Shown here: positions 59,259-64,000 of the stretch, in pieces
How the letters are laid out: each line of letters begins with the position of its first letter
Position numbering within the stretch: position 1 is the first letter of the stretch
Assembly: GCA_024231215.1 (NCBI GenBank)
Contig: JAAEQR010000099.1
Span: 50,401 to 114,400, forward strand
Direction of reading: 5' to 3'
Source of the DNA: PVC group bacterium
GTDB lineage: Bacteria > Omnitrophota > Gorgyraeia > B26-G9
DNA: 64,000 bases
The notes under the pieces: model-generated
Database searches by the model: none
Seen by the model: the letters and a program-made list of their open reading frames with translations, nothing else
Told to the model about the DNA's origin: nothing
Translations under genes and position numbers: made by a program

Positions 59259-62068
59259 TTTTTATATTTTTTACCGCTACCGCAAGGACACGGTTCATTT
59301 CGGCCAACTTTTTCTTGAGGGCGTGTATAAGTTTGCGCTTTTGTTTGCGCCGAAGGAGGTGCTTGAGGGGGTTGTCCTGGTATTGGTTGGTGAAAAGTCT
59401 CTGTTTCCGGATGTGAAAAAGATATCGGTACGCCATTAAAAACACCGGTAGGTTCTTCTTTTGCAAATGTTTTGATTTTGAATAAGAATTCCAGGGTTTC
59501 ATCTTTGATTCGGCTGATCATGTCCGAAAATAAAAAGTAAGCTTCATGCTGGTATTCTACGAGGGGATCTTTTTGTCCAACGGCACGCAGGCCGATTCCC
59601 TCGCGAAGTTGATCAACTGCATGTAGGTTATCTTTCCATTGCGCATCTAAAATATGGAGGCTGATGGATTTTTCAAAATCATGCGACATGCTTTGTCCCA
59701 TAGCATTTATCTTTGCTTCATAGGTAGCAATTAAAGCCTGAATTAATGTATCTTGAATGTTCCCGTTTTCCGGAGCGGAAAACGATAATTGAAACCTTGA
59801 GTGTACCCAATCTTCTAACCCGGAAATATTCCAGTCCGCAGGGTGTACTTTTTGGGGCATATATTTTTCCGCGGCGTCTTCGACGATTTCATGAATGAGT
59901 TCAATAATATATTCTTTTATGTTTTTTTGTTCTAAAATTATCCTACGTTGATCGTAAATAATTTCTCGTTGTTTGTTCATGACATCGTCGTATTGCAAGA
60001 GTTGTTTTCGAATTTCAAAGTTATGAGACTCGACTCTTTTTTGAGCCATTTCTATGGAACGGGTGATCATCGGGTGCTCTATGGGCATGTTTTCTTCCCA
60101 TTGTACAAAATTCATAAACTTGGCTATTCTGTCAGAGGCAAATATGCGCATTAAGTCATCTTCAAGAGACAGATAAAAGCGGTTGGATCCGGGGTCGCCT
60201 TGTCGTCCTGATCGGCCGCGCAGCTGGTTGTCTATTCTGCGGGATTCATGCCGTTCAGTGCCGATGATATGTAATCCTCCGAGGCTAACTACTTCTTCGT
60301 GTTCTTTGATAAGTTCTTCTTTTACGATTTGCAGGGCTTGTTCTTTTTGTTCTTGTGTCGCCATCTGCGGATCAATTCCCTTTTTGAGTAAAAGTTCGCC
60401 GGCAAAAAATTCCGCGTTTCCTCCTAAGAGAATATCTGTTCCTCGGCCGGCCATATTGGTAGCGATGGTAACTTTACCGAGTCTTCCGGCTTGAGCAATG
60501 ATCGGTGCTTCCTGTTTATGATGTTTTGCATTCAGAACATTATGGGGAATACCTTTTCTCTTCAACAGCTGGCCTAAATACTCTGATTTTTCGATTGATA
60601 TGGTGCCGACAAGAACCGGTCTGCCGGTTTTATGCATTTCGCATATTTCATCTACTACGGCGTTAAATTTTTCTTTTACGGTTTTAAAAATAACATCCGG
60701 ATAATTTTCCCGGGAAAGAGGTTTGTTTGTGGGCATGACAACAACATCAAGTTTATATATGTGCTGAAACTCAGCTTCTTCGGTAACAGCGGTTCCGGTC
60801 ATTCCCGCAAGCTTATTGTACATGCGGAAGTAGTTTTGAAATGTGATCGTAGCCAGGGTTTGATTTTCCTTTTCGATCCTTACCCCTTCTTTTGCTTCAA
60901 CTGCCTGGTGCAGGCCATCACTCCAACGGCGTCCGGGCATAAGCCGACCGGTAAATTCATCTACGATAAGAACTTTGCCGTCTTTTACTACATACTGTAC
61001 GTCACGCTTAAATAATTGAGAATGTGCTTTTAAAGCCTGGTCAACGTGATGTTTTAATTCCATGGTTTCTAGGTCGCTTAAACTTGAAACTCCGAGTATG
61101 TTTGCAACCTTGGCTTCGCCTTGTTCTGTAAGATAAACGGTGTTACCTTTTTCGTCAACGATAAAATCATTGCTTTCTTCTTTTGTTTCTTCGTTTTTTT
61201 CTCCTTCGATAAGTTTGGGGATGATTTTATCGATCATATAATATTTATCTGTAGATGCTTCTGTAGGGCCGGAAATAATCAACGGGGTTCTGGCTTCATC
61301 AATGAGAATACTGTCAACCTCATCAACAATTGCATAATTAAGTTCGCGTTGTGTCGTTTCTTCTTTTTGCAAAACCATATTATCGCGCAAATAATCAAAT
61401 CCAAATTCATTATTTGTTCCGTAAGTAACATCAGCCCGATAAGCATCCTGCCGAGATACGGGTCTTAGGTGTGCCATTCGTTCATCACGCGCAGATTCCT
61501 CAAGGTGAGAGGGGTCATATTGAACCGAATATTCGTGTACAATGGATGCGCAAGAAAGGCCGAGAAAGTGATATATCGGGCCCATCCATCCGCAGTCGCG
61601 TTGGGCTAAGTAATCGTTTACTGTGACCAGGTGCACCCCTTTACCGGTAATTGCGTTGAGATAGACCGCAAGTGTGGCAACAAGAGTTTTGCCTTCCCCG
61701 GTGGTCATTTCCGCGATTTTCCCTTCATGTAGAACAATGCCGCCGATAAGCTGTACATCAAAATGGCGCATATTAAGGGTGCGCTTGCTTGCTTCCCGGC
61801 AGACAGCAAAGGCTTCCACAAGAATCTGATCAAGTGCGGCTTTGGCTACTTTTTTGGTTTCTTTCTTGTCCGCGTCTTCAGGAAGGTTTTCTTTTAAATA
61901 TTTTTCTATCCGGGTTTTAAATTCTGCTGTTTTTGCTCGCAATTGTTCGGCGGACAGAGCCGCGATTTCCGGCTCTAAAGCATTTATTTGATCAACAAAT
62001 GGCTGCAAGCGAAGAAGTTCTTTTTCTTTCTGCGAGCCGAATATCTTATTTTTAATGAATTGTAACAT
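59243..62068 (-). CDS. secA: Preprotein translocase ATPase SecA
   Basis: DEAD-like motor domains. C-terminal zinc finger [14 protein letters not shown]. Confidence 0.93.
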   Translation of the reverse strand: MLQFIKNKIFGSQKEKELLRLQPFVDQINALEPEIAALSAEQLRAKTAEFKTRIEKYLKENLPEDADKKETKKVAKAALDQILVEAFAVCREASKRTLNMRHFDVQLIGGIVLHEGKIAEMTTGEGKTLVATLAVYLNAITGKGVHLVTVNDYLAQRDCGWMGPIYHFLGLSCASIVHEYSVQYDPSHLEESARDERMAHLRPVSRQDAYRADVTYGTNNEFGFDYLRDNMVLQKEETTQRELNYAIVDEVDSILIDEARTPLIISGPTEASTDKYYMIDKIIPKLIEGEKNEETKEESNDFIVDEKGNTVYLTEQGEAKVANILGVSSLSDLETMELKHHVDQALKAHSQLFKRDVQYVVKDGKVLIVDEFTGRLMPGRRWSDGLHQAVEAKEGVRIEKENQTLATITFQNYFRMYNKLAGMTGTAVTEEAEFQHIYKLDVVVMPTNKPLSRENYPDVIFKTVKEKFNAVVDEICEMHKTGRPVLVGTISIEKSEYLGQLLKRKGIPHNVLNAKHHKQEAPIIAQAGRLGKVTIATNMAGRGTDILLGGNAEFFAGELLLKKGIDPQMATQEQKEQALQIVKEELIKEHEEVVSLGGLHIIGTERHESRRIDNQLRGRSGRQGDPGSNRFYLSLEDDLMRIFASDRIAKFMNFVQWEENMPIEHPMITRSIEMAQKRVESHNFEIRKQLLQYDDVMNKQREIIYDQRRIILEQKNIKEYIIELIHEIVEDAAEKYMPQKVHPADWNISGLEDWVHSRFQLSFSAPENGNIQDTLIQALIATYEAKINAMGQSMSHDFEKSISLHILDAQWKDNLHAVDQLREGIGLRAVGQKDPLVEYQHEAYFLFSDMISRIKDETLEFLFKIKTFAKEEPTGVFNGVPISFSHPETETFHQPIPGQPPQAPPSAQTKAQTYTRPQEKVGRNEPCPCGSGKKYKKCCGR

Positions 62069-62278
62069 TAAATCTCCTCTGCATAAGCCTGGTCTTTACA
62101 CATTTTGCAACAGCGCTATTATACGGCATAGACAGGGAAATGGCAAGTAAAAGCAATAGTTTCCTTGCTTTTACTTGCAAAAAGGGGGTTTCATGGTATA
62201 ATTAAAAGCCTTTATTATTTTTAGATTAAGACAGCAATAAAAACAATATAACAATTAGAAAGAAAAAGAGTTATAACA

Positions 62279-64000
62279 ATGCTTCGTAGCGACAAAACAA
62301 TAAAAACAGGGGTTTTGAAAGGCGCAGGATATTTAATAATTCAAAGCTTTTTTATTCTTAATATAAATTGTGTGATTGCGGGAGATTTTTCTAACGAATT
62401 TCTTTCTCCTATTGTAAAAGTTAATTCTGAGGTTGTTCAACACGCATTTATTGCCTCAGACATTGACGCGTTTAGCCTAAGCCAAGAGCAGAGGAGTGTT
62501 ACCGCAGAGGACAAAGATCTTTCTCCTCGCCAGTTAATTCAGAAATATTCTTATAAGATCAAGATGAATAAATCTTTTGAAGCAAATGTGCGCCCAGAAG
62601 AGGTTGGAGAAGGCAGATCTTTTTTAGTTAATGAAAGTCCGTATTATCCAGGGGTTCCCCTGGGTGGTTTTGGCACGGTATGTTTTACTCCGGCGAGCAA
62701 CGGGAAGATAGGCAGCAGCTTTTTTAATCCGGATACCTTTAATCCCGCCTCAGTAGCACTTCCTTGGAATAATCAGCAGGCAGAGGGCCCAAAAAATACA
62801 AAATTGTTGATAAAAGAGACAAAAATATTTGATAACGGAAACTTCAATATGGCGCATTATGATTATGTTGAAATTACTGTTCAGTCTGCGACTCCAGGTA
62901 CAAAAATCAAAGTGCAGTTATTAGATGATAAAAGAGACATATCTACAGGGTTTTCCTCCACCAGTTATGAACTTAGCGGAAAAGAAGAAGTTATCAAAGT
63001 TCCGCTTAATACACTTAAGGGTGTTGATATTAAGAACATAACACAGGTACGAGTGCATTATGGACAGAGAGATGGTGCGGGAGCGGTTTTGAATGATGAC
63101 GATAATCAGGAGTTATTAATCAGTAAGCTGAGAGCGCGAACTAATAATTCGCTATATTTGTTTTATAAAGAATCAGCTCAAACCCAAGAGATAGAACCTT
63201 TAAATGCCGGAACGCATAGCATGCTTTATCCAAAATCAAGTTATAATTTTCATTCCGACGATGACTCAAGCGCAAAGCTTTCCGTAACCCAGTTTTCTCC
63301 TATAATTCCTCACGATTACAAAACCACGAGTTATCCTGTTTCAGTTTTTCGAATTACAGCAGACAATACAACTTCTCAAAAAACTAGCGTTACGATGCAT
63401 ATCCCTTTAGAAAATTTTATAAATATTGCTGGATGGGATCCGCAAGATGTTACAACTCGAGTTGTATTTGAAAAAGACAAGACAGGAATGATGTTATTTG
63501 TTCCGGGACAAAAAGGACAAATTGCTTTAGGCGTTAAAAAAGAGGAAGGTATTGAAATAGAATATGCGAAGCCAGAGTTAGAGGGCAGCAGTTTGGGGAC
63601 GTTGAAGGTGAAGATAGCAATTGATGCGGCTCAGACAAGAGATGTTCCGGTTGTTTTGTCTGCGGATTTTCCGGAGGCTGCATTTGCCGAAGGCAAGGTT
63701 ATTAAGCAGCGGTATTACACAAGATTTTTTGGTAAAGAAGCAACTAATGCCTGGGAGATGGTTGGATTAGGAATAGACAAGGCTGAAGAATGGGAAGCGG
63801 CGATTGACGCCTGGATGGCAAACATATTGAAACTTCCCGGGATTCCGTACGAATTAAAACAAAACGCATTAAATGCATTAGGATATCTGGTTAATGGGGG
63901 GACAGTTTGGGATGCAAAGACGGGCTTGTTTTCTTATCTAGAGGGGCTTGATTATCCTATGTACAATACTCTGGATGTTTTGTTTTTTGGAGCAGCACCT
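62279..64000 (+). CDS. Secreted GH116 (GBA2-type beta-glucosidase/glucosylceramidase)-like protein, partial; runs off the window end
   Basis: ATG at 62279 with an open frame to the window end (574 codons; absent from the ORF track because there is no stop). Signal peptide. YLEGLDYPMYNTLDVLFFGA is close to the GBA2 YLEGQEYRMYNTYDVHFY motif. Confidence 0.55.
   Translation, partial: MLRSDKTIKTGVLKGAGYLIIQSFFILNINCVIAGDFSNEFLSPIVKVNSEVVQHAFIASDIDAFSLSQEQRSVTAEDKDLSPRQLIQKYSYKIKMNKSFEANVRPEEVGEGRSFLVNESPYYPGVPLGGFGTVCFTPASNGKIGSSFFNPDTFNPASVALPWNNQQAEGPKNTKLLIKETKIFDNGNFNMAHYDYVEITVQSATPGTKIKVQLLDDKRDISTGFSSTSYELSGKEEVIKVPLNTLKGVDIKNITQVRVHYGQRDGAGAVLNDDDNQELLISKLRARTNNSLYLFYKESAQTQEIEPLNAGTHSMLYPKSSYNFHSDDDSSAKLSVTQFSPIIPHDYKTTSYPVSVFRITADNTTSQKTSVTMHIPLENFINIAGWDPQDVTTRVVFEKDKTGMMLFVPGQKGQIALGVKKEEGIEIEYAKPELEGSSLGTLKVKIAIDAAQTRDVPVVLSADFPEAAFAEGKVIKQRYYTRFFGKEATNAWEMVGLGIDKAEEWEAAIDAWMANILKLPGIPYELKQNALNALGYLVNGGTVWDAKTGLFSYLEGLDYPMYNTLDVLFFGAAP

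Overview
This 64-kb low-GC bacterial window spans the chromosomal replication origin region and an adjacent envelope/accessory region. Gene content suggests an uncultivated lineage with PEP-CTERM proteins and giant genes; I cannot assign it more precisely from sequence alone. The right half is a classic origin neighbourhood. On the minus strand: secA, lnt, gyrA, gyrB, DUF721, dnaN, dnaA. On the plus strand: rpmH-rnpA-yidD-yidC-jagN-mnmG, then parA-parB-ndk. DnaA boxes lie in the dnaA-rpmH and dnaN-dnaA spacers. Also present are serS, rtcB plus archease, ridA and a tRNA-Ser(UGA) with a tandemly duplicated leader and 5' fragment. The left and middle 27 kb carry an unusual co-oriented minus-strand array. 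It starts with PilP-like, PilQ secretin and three bitopic coiled-coil/TPR proteins, ending at a strong intrinsic terminator. Next come an inactivated IS200-like Y1-transposase domain fused to a membrane anchor and coiled coil, a 4432-aa secreted giant protein (Kelch propellers, DUF2341/LamG lectin-like modules, about 13 Ig-like repeats, coiled coil) and a 271-aa bitopic protein. A sigma70-like promoter then drives an 8-gene operon that fuses an F-type ATPase set to the type IV pilus alignment genes pilMN-pilO. The ATPase set is epsilon, c, b-delta fusion, alpha, gamma, beta. It has no a-subunit gene in the window. Its P-loops deviate from the near-universal motifs (alpha GRT, beta GGAACGKS) and its epsilon is truncated. 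No PilB/PilC/PilT gene is present. Other notable items: a dockerin-bearing glycoside hydrolase next to a PEP-CTERM-anchored cohesin-like protein; a family of conserved palindromic hairpins at three convergent gene junctions; a secreted degenerate GGDEF protein; an orphan pilin; and a secreted GH116-like glycosidase running off the 3' end.
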